Below are positions 52,390 through 64,000 of a DNA stretch of 64,000 bases, piece after piece (the stretch's first letter is position 1; the number at the start of each line of letters is the position of its first letter). This DNA is from Octopus vulgaris. Lineage: Eukaryota. The stretch covers positions 76,570,001 through 76,634,000 of the forward strand of contig OX597824.1 of the NCBI GenBank assembly GCA_951406725.2. Reading direction: 5' to 3'. Below the pieces are notes generated by a model. That model did no database searches and was not told where the DNA came from. It saw nothing but the letters and a program-made list of their open reading frames with translations. The translations under genes were made by a program, and so were the position numbers.

Positions 52390-52753
52390 GGCGGTTGGAT
52401 GGAACCTACACTCGCCTCCTTATGAGAGCTCAAAAATCTCTCGTGGAAGCGTCATCCAACCAAAATGCAAATATATGGGAAACTACCACCTGTGTCATCT
52501 CTTGCGAAGGGTAGGAGAGTCCAGTTTGCTGGACATTGTTGTAGAGCTGAAAACGAGGTAATTTCTCCTCTTCTCCTCTGGAAGCCATCTACTCGCAATA
52601 CCAGAGGGTGCACACTCTCCTACCCTGATGTAATCTCCAGGGATACAGGCATCCAGCAACAGGACCTCTGTAATGCTATGATGGACCGTGAAGTCTGGCG
52701 TAGCATGGTGAATTCCATTGTCTCGCCCACGATCGAACAATGATGATGATGAT
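52390..52753 (+). mobile_element. 5'-truncated RTE-clade LINE 3' end with (TGA)n tail
   Basis: LDGTYTRLLMRA...SWK.HPT...IYG.LPPVS.....RRVQFAGHCCR...LLLW.P...AMMDREVWR, followed by TGATGATGATGATG. Confidence 0.8.
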
Positions 52754-52879
52754 GGGACGTTAGGAGCTATATAATAGCAACTTTCACTTTTGAAATCGCA
52801 TGCATATATCAACTTGCTCATTGATAGTTACTGCTAACTTAAATGTGGCATAATGTGTATGTGTGTGTGTGTGTGTGTG

Positions 52880-53260
52880 TCGTATGGGAAATACGAATCA
52901 TTATGTAACTTAAGAGTAACATCCAAAAAGTTGTCTTCAGTTATATCATCGCCGAAAACAATGCTTAAGCCCATGTTTCGGAAAAATTTAACCAACCTGT
53001 TTTTAACCCGTTGTAGTTTTTGGTTAGAAGCATTTTGAAGGTAAAGTAGAATATCATCACGATATAGACCTCCATTAGATTTTGGGAATTGGTCAGCCAT
53101 CTCATAATGGATATATATGCCGACAAAGTAAGCGATTTGTGCTGAATCAGAACTTCCCATCGTGACGTCAAAACTGTTGGGCATATCTTTATGGACCCAC
53201 CTTTACGGATCCACAACTTGTTTGTATTGTTCTACATCATTTCATTTCTTCTAGAATAAT
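52880..53260 (-). mobile_element. Penelope-like reverse transcriptase fragment
   Basis: FDVTMGSSDSAQIAYFVGIYI, GLYRDDIL and NFLDVTL match the PLE RT motifs FDVTMGS.DGAE..ELVG, GLYRDDGL and FLDVT. Confidence 0.85.
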
Positions 53261-53449
53261 ACCAATGTTTTCATCGAAACATATGTCGGAAGTATAAAGA
53301 TTTGAATAACACCTGCCTGTATATATATATAATATAGTAATACAGAGATAAATATGTCTGTGTATTATACTAGCAGCCTAATGTAAATGTGTTAATTTCC
53401 GTATAAATTCTTTCATTTCTCTCATTTCTATTTCAGAGTAATTACTTCA

Positions 53450-54480
53450 TGGCATAGTTGATTAGAACTGTGAACGCAATAGAACACCTTGTAACATTCC
53501 TCGCAAACTGAAACTGATTTTGCCGTTGACCATCCACAATTTTTGATATGCAGTTTCTCGAGGTATGACCTTGACTTGCTTTTCCCTTAAATTTTAGTTT
53601 CTAAACTGTAAGCATCAAATGCCAATTCAAAACCGGCAAAAGCCATTGTGGAAGTATGGCTTATGTCAATGTTACGAATTACTGTATAAAACACATGAGC
53701 AAAACTATCTGGTCATTACATCCTCGCGATCATTGGAACCCTAATTGTTTATTCCTCAATGTATTTCCCAATACAACTGATATCCTTTTCAGAATGACCA
53801 AATTGAACACCTTCAATATCATACAGCTCGAAGTTACAGCCATCAAATTTCTGCTCTTTAGAGACACTTCAATTGTTTTTGCATCCTAGTCACAACACAA
53901 ATGTTCTAATATTCAGATATCTGTTCAATATTTCACAGGCTACGAATATGCTCCAACAATGCACTTACAGTCATTTGCTTATCTCTATTTGGTATTTCTC
54001 ATGGAATCTTAATTTATCCAAGAGCTTCTCCGTTTTACTTTTTGATTGTTCAATTGCTCTTGCAATTTCTTTTGACAGCTGTTTCATGTACAGTTACTTC
54101 CAGCACCTCGTGAGGTTCGGGAATTATCAGATAATTTCTCCCATTAAATACCTTGTTCACGATCGTATTAAAACGGTCTTTTCCCGCCTTTATTGCATGT
54201 TTTTATCAGATATTATTAGTTCCCCACCAACGTTAAACACAAATTGTCTTTTTGATCTTATTGCTTTGCCTGTAATATGATTTATGATTTCAGAAGCTTT
54301 TCCCGATTCCTTTCTTGTCTGCTACGTTGAATAATTTCTCTACTTTATCAGTTTTTCACTTCCAACGATTTTCTGTTATCTCTTTTTCAACATCTTTTCA
54401 CCTCTCTGCTAAAACTCCAATATTTAACTATTACAAGTTTAATGTCCGTCATATTCCCTCTCCAGCTTTAAACAATTCAG
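53450..54480 (-). mobile_element. Heavily degraded LINE RT fragment (RTE-like)
   Basis: Minus-strand remnants LKVFNLVILKRI....LRNKQLGFQ*SRGCNDQI and AFAGFELAFD. Confidence 0.6.
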
Positions 54481-54527
54481 CTTTTGTTCCTTTCATGCTT
54501 CAATGATTTAGTATGTTTCCTCTACAC

Positions 54528-54729
54528 CCTTCTCCTTCTTCTTCTTCTATTTCTTCTTCTTCTTCTTCTCCTTCTCCTCCTCCTCCTCCTCCTCCTTCTC
54601 CTTCTTCTTCTTCTTCTTCTTCTTCTTCTTCTTCTCCTCCTCCTCCTCCTCCTCCTTCTTCTTCTTCTTCTTCTTCTTCTCCTCCTCCTCCGCCTCCTCC
54701 TCCTCCTCCTCCTCCGCCTCCGCCTCCTA
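54528..54729. repeat. (TCT)n/(CCT)n polypyrimidine array
   Basis: Direct reading. Confidence 0.95.
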
Positions 54730-55856
54730 TGCCACCCCACCTCTTCCCAGACTACATTTTGACATGCTTCCATGCGCCATTCTGTATCATAGATTCAAAC
54801 TCTGCAAAATCGATTTTTCGCGTTTTTATACCAAATCTTTCTTTAATTTTATCATGCTTCAACAACTTTTAAACTGAATTGTCCCTATTACCAACAGGTG
54901 GCACTTTCGATATTTATACTTCGATATGCTCTGACTTCTAACATCCTACTATCATCTTAACTGTGATACTTCCCTTCTTTTTACCCGAGATGTCCAAACA
55001 TATTTATGAATATTTTTTTTAAGTTTAAAGGATTTTCATTGTGACATTGTGACATTGTGATCTTGTTGGTTGTGAGAAAGTTAATTAATCTTACAACATT
55101 TTTATAAGCTTCTTAAAGACGATGCAAATCCTTCGGTATGTTCCATCCTTTTGTTGATATTATCAGTTCAGTATTCGCACTAAGATCGTCAATTACAATC
55201 GTCATATCCTCTTGCCAGTATGTTACGAAAATCCTCTCGCAACAATGAACAGCATGGCGGTTGCTGATCATCTGCTGCATAATTTATAAATTCGTAACAA
55301 ACAATAATATTAATGTTTTATTATTTAGCTTTATATTTCACTAAATGCAATTCTTCCATCAGCTAAAGGTTTCCATTCCGCTAATGCTCTTAAAGGCCTT
55401 TTATTCCGTATCCAACCAACTCCCATTCTCCTTTTCTTCCCAGATCAAAAGATTTATCACTGTCTATCATAAAAATTTGGATTTATTCCTACAAGACCAA
55501 GTTCTCGATTTTTCTAGCGTACTCTGTGTATGCTCCAATCTATCATCTTGCTATTGTTGTAGGATCTCTATCGATCAGTGTTGACCATACATCTTCAGAA
55601 GTAGGTGCAAATGTTGAGCAAGACTGTTTACCAAAAGGAAAAATTGCTCGCTTGAGCCTGCACAGCTTGGTACCAGAGTCGTTACAGGCGTTGCTACTAG
55701 ACCCCCCCCCCTCAAAGAGGCGGTTTTGTCATTGGAAAATATCTACGAGACCGCAGTGGTACATTTTAAAATCCACATTGAAAGAATGTAGAGCAAATTT
55801 GACCTCAGTACAGGATTGAAACTCGGGCCACAGAGAATCAGAACAAACACTACAAT

Positions 55857-56090
55857 GGCGGTGAGCTGGTAGAAACGTTAGCACGCCGGGAAAAATGCTT
55901 AGCAGTACTTCGTCTGCCGTTTCGTTCTAAGTTCAAATTCCGCCGAAGTCTACTTTGCATTTCATCCTTTCGGGGTCGATAAATTAAGTACCAGTTGCGT
56001 ACTGGGGTCGATATAATCGACTTAATTCCTTTGTCTGTCCTTGTTTGTCCCTTCTATGTTTAGCACCTTGTGGGCAATAAAAAAAAAAAA
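55857..56090 (+). mobile_element. SINE A monomer
   Basis: Similarity to 14871-15102. Confidence 0.88.
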
Positions 56091-56149
56091 CAAATACCAC
56101 GAGGCATTGCATCCACCCCTGCCGATTGCTCCTCGCCACTATTTTCAAA

Positions 56150-56380
56150 GGCGGCGAGCTGGCAGAATCGTTAGCACGCCGGGCGAAATGCTCAGCAGTA
56201 TTTCGTCTGTCGTTACGTTCTGGGTTCAAACACTGCCGAGGTCGACTTTGCCTTTCATCCTTTCGGGGTCGATAAATAAAGTACCAGTTACGCACTGGGG
56301 TCGATGTAGTTGACTTAATCCCTTTGTCTGTCTTTGTTTGTCCCCTCTATGTTTAGCCCCTTGTGGGCAATAAAGAAATA
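56150..56380 (+). mobile_element. SINE A monomer with a 10-bp TSD
   Basis: TSD TATTTTCAAA at 56140-56149 and 56381-56390. Confidence 0.9.
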
Positions 56381-56610
56381 TATTTTCAAATATTCCATGC
56401 CTCAATAAGGATTTTTAAAATTTCTGTTTAAAATAGAATTTTTTTAAACATCCCTATTTACGATGGAATAAGGGTCATATTTTCGTTTTAGGTTTCATTT
56501 AGGGCACTGTATATACTTAAAGTGAATCTCACTGTTTAACTCACCGTCAAGAGAAATACAAGTTGCCAGCTTTGGCGACCCCGCTATTCGAAATAAATAT
56601 CCGAAACCAT

Positions 56611-56853
56611 ACTCTTTTACTCTTTTACTTGTTTCAGTCATTTGACTGTCACCATGCTGGAGCACCACCTTTAGTCGAGCAAATCGACCCCAGGACTTAT
56701 TCTTTGTAAGCCTAGTACTTATTCTATCGGTCTCTTTTGCCGAACCGGTAAGTTACGAGGACCTAAACACACCAGCATCAGTTGTCAAGCGATGTTGGGG
56801 GGCCAAAAACAGATACACAACACATACATATACATGCATATATATATATATGT

Positions 56854-56929
<76 letters not shown>

Positions 56930-57098
56930 GGCGGGCTTCTTTCAGTTTCCGTCAACCAAATCCACTGACAACGCTTTGGTCGGCCCGAGGCTATAATAGA
57001 AGTCTACTTTGCACTTGCCGAAGGTACCACGCAGTGGGACTGAACCAGGAACCATATGGTTGGTAAGCAAGTTACTTACCACACATCCACCCCTGCGC
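56611..57098 (-). mobile_element. SINE B
   Basis: Similarity to 6198-6619. Confidence 0.88.
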
Positions 57099-57239
57099 CA
57101 TCACCAAAGATATCGCCAACTGCTTATTGCTATTCACTTTTTTCGGCGTCACCTTACTGCTAGTGATATGTCTGTATCCTCTTCAGTTCACAAGTGAAAG
57201 ATGTTACCATAGCTTCCGCTGTTTCATATTGTTTTGATT

Positions 57240-57720
57240 AGCAGACACAAAGAATCTTATACAAGGTTGATGTTATAAGTGTGAATAGACAATGTAAAGA
57301 TGTAGATCGAAAGATGAACATCAACAAAACTAAAAATTTAAAGACCGAGCAAGCGGATAGAAGAAATGTGTCATCGAATGTACTCTTACCAAAAGTGTCA
57401 AATACATATAAATATATTCGAACTTTTACAGTATATGACGGCTGTTTACAAGCAGAAGTTAATGAATGATTTAAGAAAGCAAATCAAAGAATGGGAGCGG
57501 TTTTAAAATGCTTCGTAATTAAATAGATTAGCAATTGATGCATGCGAAGATTAGGCTGTATACGTTAATTGTAAGAAGTGATTTAAAACATGAAAGTGAG
57601 ATATGGCATGCTAATGAAATTTTAGCGTATCGTTGTAGAATCTGTGGAACTGAAGCATCACGAAGGTGATCGGTGATTAAAAGACATGATTTTCAGAGAA
57701 ATAGTGTTTTGATTCATAAC
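57240..57720 (+). mobile_element. Degraded RTE-like LINE fragment (post-RT region)
   Basis: Remnants MNINKTK, YKYI, EVNE*FKKA, KIRLYTLIVRS and ESEIW resemble RTE N..KTK / FKYLG / EI..RI.KA / K.RLY...V.S.L.YG.ETW. Confidence 0.55.
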
Positions 57721-57825
57721 GGAAATACGGTAAATAGATGAAGTATTAATGAAAGGTAGAGGGTTGTGATTCGGTCATGTGCTTCGGCTAAGCAGCAAAA
57801 GGGATAATCCCACGTCTTAGAAGAA

Positions 57826-57907
57826 TGTGTGTATGTATGTATGTATGTATGTATGTATGTATGTATGTATGTATGTATGTATGTATGTATGTATGTATGT
57901 ATGTATG

Positions 57908-57938
<31 letters not shown>

Positions 57939-58940
57939 ATATGTATGTATGTATATATGTATGCATGTATGTATGTATGTATGTATGTATGTATGCATGT
58001 ATGTATTTATGTATGCATGTATGTATGTATGCATGCATGTATGTATGATGTACGTATGTATGTATGCATGTATGTATTTATGTATGTATGTATGTATGCA
58101 TGCATGTATGTATGTATGTACGTATGTATGTATGTATGTATGTATGTATGTATGTATGTATGTATGTATGTATGTATGTATGCATGCATGTATGTATGTA
58201 TGTAGGTATGTATGTATGCATGTATGTATTTATGTATGTATGTATGTATATATTCCAAGCAGAAAGAACTCTGCGAATGAACGAACATTTAATGCTTGTA
58301 TACAAGCACACACAGACACACATGCACACACACACAAACACACACACACACACACTCACACACACATACACATACACCACACACTCACACACACATTCAC
58401 ACACATGCATGTATGTATGTATATATGTATGAACCTGGTTGAGTCTTAAGTTTTTCGTATTTCAAGCTTTATCATTTCAAACAGATTACATAAGAAAAGT
58501 GTTTATTCATCAAAATATATCCCATCATGTTCTACTGTCTATTGTCATCGTTGTGCTAGATGCTCAATTCCACGCTTATACCAATGGCTGGTTTAGAGGT
58601 AAAAATCTCCCTTCTCCTGTTTTTAACTTCATCCACAGTGCTAAGCCTCCATACATATATGCATGCATATATGTATGTATGTATGTATGTATGTATATAT
58701 GTATGTATGTATGTATGCATGCATGTATGTATGTATGTGTGTATGTATGTATGTATGTATGTATGTATGTATGTATGTATGTATGTATGTATGCATGTAT
58801 GCATGTATGTATGTATGTATATATGTATGTATGTATGCATGTATGTATGTATGTATGTATGTATGTATGCATGCATGTATGTATGTATGTATGTATGTAT
58901 GTATGTATGTATGTATGTATGTATGTATGTATGTATGTAT
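57826..58940. repeat. Two long (TATG)n arrays (57826-58250 and 58650-58940) with (CA)n between them
   Basis: Direct reading. Confidence 0.95.
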
Positions 58941-59519
58941 TAATATCATTATTCAGTTTTATTTCAACATTTCTTGCTAATAGAGAAAGAGCTATTGTCT
59001 AGCCTAGATCCAAGGCTCCTCGATTGGAATTTCAAAACAGCAACAGGGTATTCTTGTAGGTACAGGTGGAGATTTATATGTTTCGTTCTAGGCATGTGTT
59101 CTCATGCATATAGTTGCATATCTAGACATGCTCATATATACTTAAATGATAAATTCCTGGAAAATTTTACCGATTTTTACAGTTCCAGTGATGGATTGGA
59201 TCTGTAGTTTTCGAATTAGCTTTCTCCCTTCTAACTTTGAGAAGCCTAATTTCTCAAGATTAGTATTTAGGCAGTGTGTTACATATAACCCAGGGTCCCA
59301 ATAATTACATGTGTAAACCTGAAATTGCAATCTGGATTGAGTAACTGCAGATTTCGCAATAGTTCATCGTAGGTATTCTCTTATACACTGATCGTCCGCT
59401 AGGTAGCTGATTTCCACAACTGTACGTAGTTTCTCTTTTTTAACACAAACTATAATGTCAGGTCTATGTATGTAGGTGATGTATCGTACGTTCGACGTAA
59501 GATATTACGTGATAATATT

Positions 59520-59903
59520 TGGAAGCACTCCGTCGGTTACGACGATGAGGGTTCCGGTTGATCCGAATCAACGGAACAGCCTGCTCGTGAAATTGACGTG
59601 TAAGTGGCTGAGCACTCCACAGACACGTGCACCCTTAACGTAGTTCTCGGGGATATTCAGCGTGACACAGAGAGTGACAAGGCCGGCCCCTTGAAATACA
59701 GGTACAACAGAAACAGGAAGTAAGAGTGAGAGAAAGTTGTGGTGAGAGAGTACAGCAGGGATCACCACCATCCCCTGCCGGAGCCTCGTGGAGCTTTTAG
59801 GTGCTTTCGCTCAATAAACACTCACAACGCCCGGTCTGGGAATCGAAACCGCGATTCTATGACCGCGAGTCCGCTGCCCTAACCACTGGGCCATTGCGCC
59901 TCC
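59520..59903 (-). mobile_element. SINE C, full length (C1 tail) with a 13-bp TSD
   Basis: TSD ACGTGATAATATT at 59507-59519 and 59904-59916. Confidence 0.9.
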
Positions 59904-60427
59904 ACGTGATAATATTAATGTCCTTGCAAATCGTTCTGCTCAATATACTGGTAAAAACCCTCGACAATACGCAAATCTCAGCTTTACACTGCATTACTCT
60001 CTGTCGAAGAGTCTCTGCGTATGTCCATTTATATTGTGGATTTTTTTCAATAGTTCATTTTTTTCTTTTTATATACTTATAATAATTATACACATCATAT
60101 GTATATTTTCATATAAAACATTCGATATGTTTTCTATTGAGGGTTTTAGACAAAGGTCCACTATAAGTGGGTTAGAGTTTATATTAATACCTGTGATATT
60201 AGTTGGTTCTAAAAGAAATACATTTCCGGGTATTAATCAAGATACTTTATTATTTTCCGTTATTTCTTATTTATCGAGTAGCTTAAATCCTACGGGAAGT
60301 GAAGAGGGGATTACGGTCAGTCCCATAATCTAATTGGTCATCTATTGCTTTGAAAGGCCATGACTCTGTTATTGGTTGGTTAATAGATAACCCATAACAT
60401 AAAGAACAAATCAGAAAAAACTATATA

Positions 60428-60505
<78 letters not shown>

Positions 60506-61146
60506 ACTAATTGCTTTGATATTCTTGCACTCTTCGAGTAAATACTTTTCAGAACAATCACAATATTGTGATAATGACAATAAAGGTTATTTCAAGGGTT
60601 TTAATTAAACGGAAAAGGAAAAGAAATTAATTTGCAGCTTCGATCAGTTTTGATTGAAATTCAAATCAATCATTTCAATAGACATAATTGTCATTATTGA
60701 AATAGGTTCACGTTTATTTCTGAAGTTGTTTATTTCAAGACAATGAAGAACTTCACAATGGTTATTTTCAGTTAAAATTTAATATATTTTATAAAATCCT
60801 GAGACTTGATATTAAGTCATTCTTTATTTTGTTGTTGCACGTCGGAACCTTCTGGCATCTTTTAATTACTATATCTTTAATACTATACCATCGATATTAT
60901 TTCACCGTCTGTCCAAGAAGATATGAGATTTCCTCTATCTGTTTCTTCTTTGTTTTGTATTTTCCTTTCATTTGTTGAGTCTAGAGGAAGTAACGGAGCT
61001 TAGTCTATGACCCCGGCATGATCTTGGAGAGAGGTAAGCTTGATGTTGTCAATGCTCCGTTTAAGCTGTCGCGGGTTTACCCTTTGAAAAAAGACATGTA
61101 CAGAGAGGAAATTCCAGATGGAAATTGTTCTGCAAGTAAGGTCTTT

Positions 61147-61460
61147 TTTTTTTTTTTGTTTGTTCCATCTCGAGCCATACGTGGCTCATAAGGGCTGGTT
61201 TCCCGGTTTCTTGGTGTATAGGTTCCCCACCTGGACGGGTCGCCGGTCCGTCGCAGGTGAGCTGCAAGATGCACGAGGAAAGAGTGAAGGAAAGTTGTGG
61301 CGAAAGAGTCAGCAGACGTTCGCCATTACCTTCTGTCGGAGCCGCATAGAGCTTAGGTGTTTTCGCTCATAAACACACACATCGCCTGGTCTGAGATTCG
61401 AACCCGCGATCCTTCGACCGCGAGTTCGCTGCTCTAACCACTAGGCCATGTGCCTCCACT
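61147..61460 (-). mobile_element. SINE C with C3 tail and a 13-bp TSD
   Basis: TSD AAGTAAGGTCTTT at 61134-61146 and 61461-61473; A-rich tail. Confidence 0.85.
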
Positions 61461-62457
61461 AAGTAAGGTCTTTGAATAATCAAGAGTGCAAGGAAAGGGT
61501 AGGTCGCACAAAACAAGGGTAACTTGTAAGTTGGGAGTATACCAGATGGTGATGGCACGACGCCAGTTAGTTCCGGGGAGCGGAGACGATTTTGACATTG
61601 CTACAAAAGACAGTGAGAAAAGACAGCAAGTCTCTGCGTTGGAAGTTAATATAATGGCCTCTACTCCTTGGAACTTACTGTATTTGACTTAGATATCTCA
61701 TACCCGTTTTGCACCCAACATTTCAGGCTTTGTACTCATCCCTGTACCTAGCCATTCCTTTGCAAAATCGTCGGTTCTCTCGATCTCGCTTTCTGCTCAT
61801 ATCTTTATCCGCAGTTTTAGCATAAGTTTCACCCGTTTACAAAGTCTTGTGGCGGACATGGGTACTGCTTTCCTCTACACACTTAAAGAGTAAAAAGAAA
61901 CAAAATTAGGAAATATAAAAATGCGTTTTAAATTGTTATTATAATTCTGATGTACAACTGCGAACGAGTTTATCCTATATAATAATATTCAATACTATAA
62001 AGCGATAAACGAAGCCGTACTTAACAATGCATATGACCTTTAAATAGCTTTCAAGATTCGTTCAAGATGTCAGCAAATCTCTTTCTCTTTCTTTGTTTTC
62101 TTTCTTTTTTTTTCTTTGTGTTGCTTTCCAATTCTACTCTAAATCAATTCACCAGAAAGAGAGAATGGGAAGAAACGAAAAAAAGAGAGAGAATGAGAGA
62201 GAGGGAGAGAGGAAGAGAGGGCGGGACATATATCAGAAAGAGAGTGAGGAGACCTGTAGGCGGTCATTCGATCTGCTAGAAATAGCAGAGATAGCAAATC
62301 AGACTGTCTATCAAAACAAAGAAGGATTCGGCGCATAGTATAGTATAAAGTACTTCTAGAAAGACAAGACAGAGAAGGCCAGATTCTCTTTAATTATATG
62401 TGTCTTGGATGTGAACTGACAGGAGATATTTAACTAAAGGTAACGACATCTATTTAA

Positions 62458-63065
62458 CCTTTTAGCATTCAGATTCCTCTATCAAATGTAATGCTTATTT
62501 AGTAATATTGATTTGTATGCAATGCATAAAACTATAGCACTGAGCTTTCAATGATATGATTGTTTATATTTAGAATAACATTGTAGAGTAAGTGTGAGAG
62601 GTCAGATCTGGCAGGTTTGAAGATAAAACAGCTAGACGTAGGCATGACTGTATGATAAGAAACTTTCTTCCCAACTATATGGTTCCGGGTTCAGTCCCAC
62701 TGCGTGGCAACTTGGGCAAGTGTCTTCAAATATAGCCTTGGTGCGACCAAAGCTTTGTTAGTAGATTTGGTGGACGGAAACTAAAAGAATCCCGTCGTAT
62801 ATAAATAGGTATATATCTATATATCTGTGTGTGTGTGTGTGTGTGTTTCTGTCTGTGTTTGTCTCCCAACCGGTGTTGTTGTATTTGCGTCCCCGCAACT
62901 TAGCGGTTCGGCTAAGAGAGCGATAGAATAAGTACAAGACATAAAAAATAATAGTAAGTATTAAGGTCGATTTGTTCGATTAAAATTCTCCAAGAATGAC
63001 TGAAACAGGTAAAAGGAAAGGAAAAAAAAACAGATTATTCTGGCCAGATATAACCAGCTGAAGGG
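62458..63065. mobile_element. piggyBac-like non-autonomous element containing a SINE B (about 62640-63030)
   Basis: TTAA|CCTTTTAGC ... GCTGAAGGG|TTAA termini. Confidence 0.6.
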
Positions 63066-63406
63066 TTAAAGAACCCGCTATTTCCAGAATTTTTTTCTTT
63101 TCAAGTGTATCTCGTGACGGACTGAACTGGAAGGGTTTTATGTAGAGATGCTATCTTTCAATTAAGAGTTGTTCATGTTGCTGAGCTGACACATTCAAAG
63201 GTTTACCAGCGTTGATAAGTTTATCTGAATAATCTCATAGATACATACATACATACGCGCACGTACATACATACATACATGCATACATACATACATACAT
63301 ACATACATACATACATACATACATACATACATACATACATAATACATACAAACATACGCACGTACATACGTATATAAAAGACTATCTGCACACCATTTAT
63401 ATAAAT

Positions 63407-63447
63407 ACTAGCATTATGAGCCGTCGTAACCGGGTCATAGTGCTAGT
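63407..63447. repeat. 41-bp palindrome with a Helitron-like CTAG end on both strands
   Basis: ACTAGCATTATGAGCCG-TCGTAAC-CGGGTCATAGTGCTAGT; resembles the Helitron end at 39102. Confidence 0.6.
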
Positions 63448-63491
63448 GCATGTATATATGTGTATATATATATATATGTGTACATATTACA

Positions 63492-63552
<61 letters not shown>

Positions 63553-64000
63553 TATAAACAAATCAAATTGCGATAAAATAAAAATAATTATAATCGCTGG
63601 TATTACTAACACAAGCCATATATTTTTCATATATCAGTACATTAAAGCGAAATATGTACTAGGAATACAGAAGCTTGATAAATTAAGTGAAATGAAGATA
63701 AAAACATTTACTAAACCGGTAATTCTCAGACTGCAGTTTCTTTCTTTTCAGCAATAAAGATAATTTATTTGCTCAGGGAGACGTCTTCAGTGAGACCCTG
63801 TTTTTCTGGGATCCTAACTCACTAGAAGCATGTGCTTCTAATGATTTACTCTCCCTAGCTAATCATATCACTGCGCAGACATCTACACATAAAATACAAA
63901 ATACAAAGTTATATCTTGATATTGCTAGTGATAACAATACTCAAAATCTATAACAGACTGGAATTGTAGGCCCGTCTCTTGCAATTTGGATCAATTGTGT

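Overview
AT-rich animal non-coding DNA dominated by microsatellites and transposon debris. The repeat landscape suggests an octopus or other cephalopod genome (inference). I found no convincing host protein-coding exon, and almost all listed ORFs are simple-repeat translations. Supported features are: three tRNA-like SINE families (called A, B and C here) in about 30 copies; a decayed APE+RT LINE of the CR1/L2 group (26206-29270) plus a 5'-truncated copy; R4/Dong-like RLE retroelement fragments in (TAA)n; RTE, Penelope, mariner and Helitron fragments; a complete non-autonomous Helitron; and several MITEs. The most notable items are a full-length U2 snRNA copy fused to the SINE B/LINE 3' tail, an 18S rRNA V4 fragment 1.1 kb away, SINE A trimers with the same junction at three loci, and several minimal hammerhead-ribozyme-like motifs with variant cores. 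Coordinates of degraded elements are approximate.
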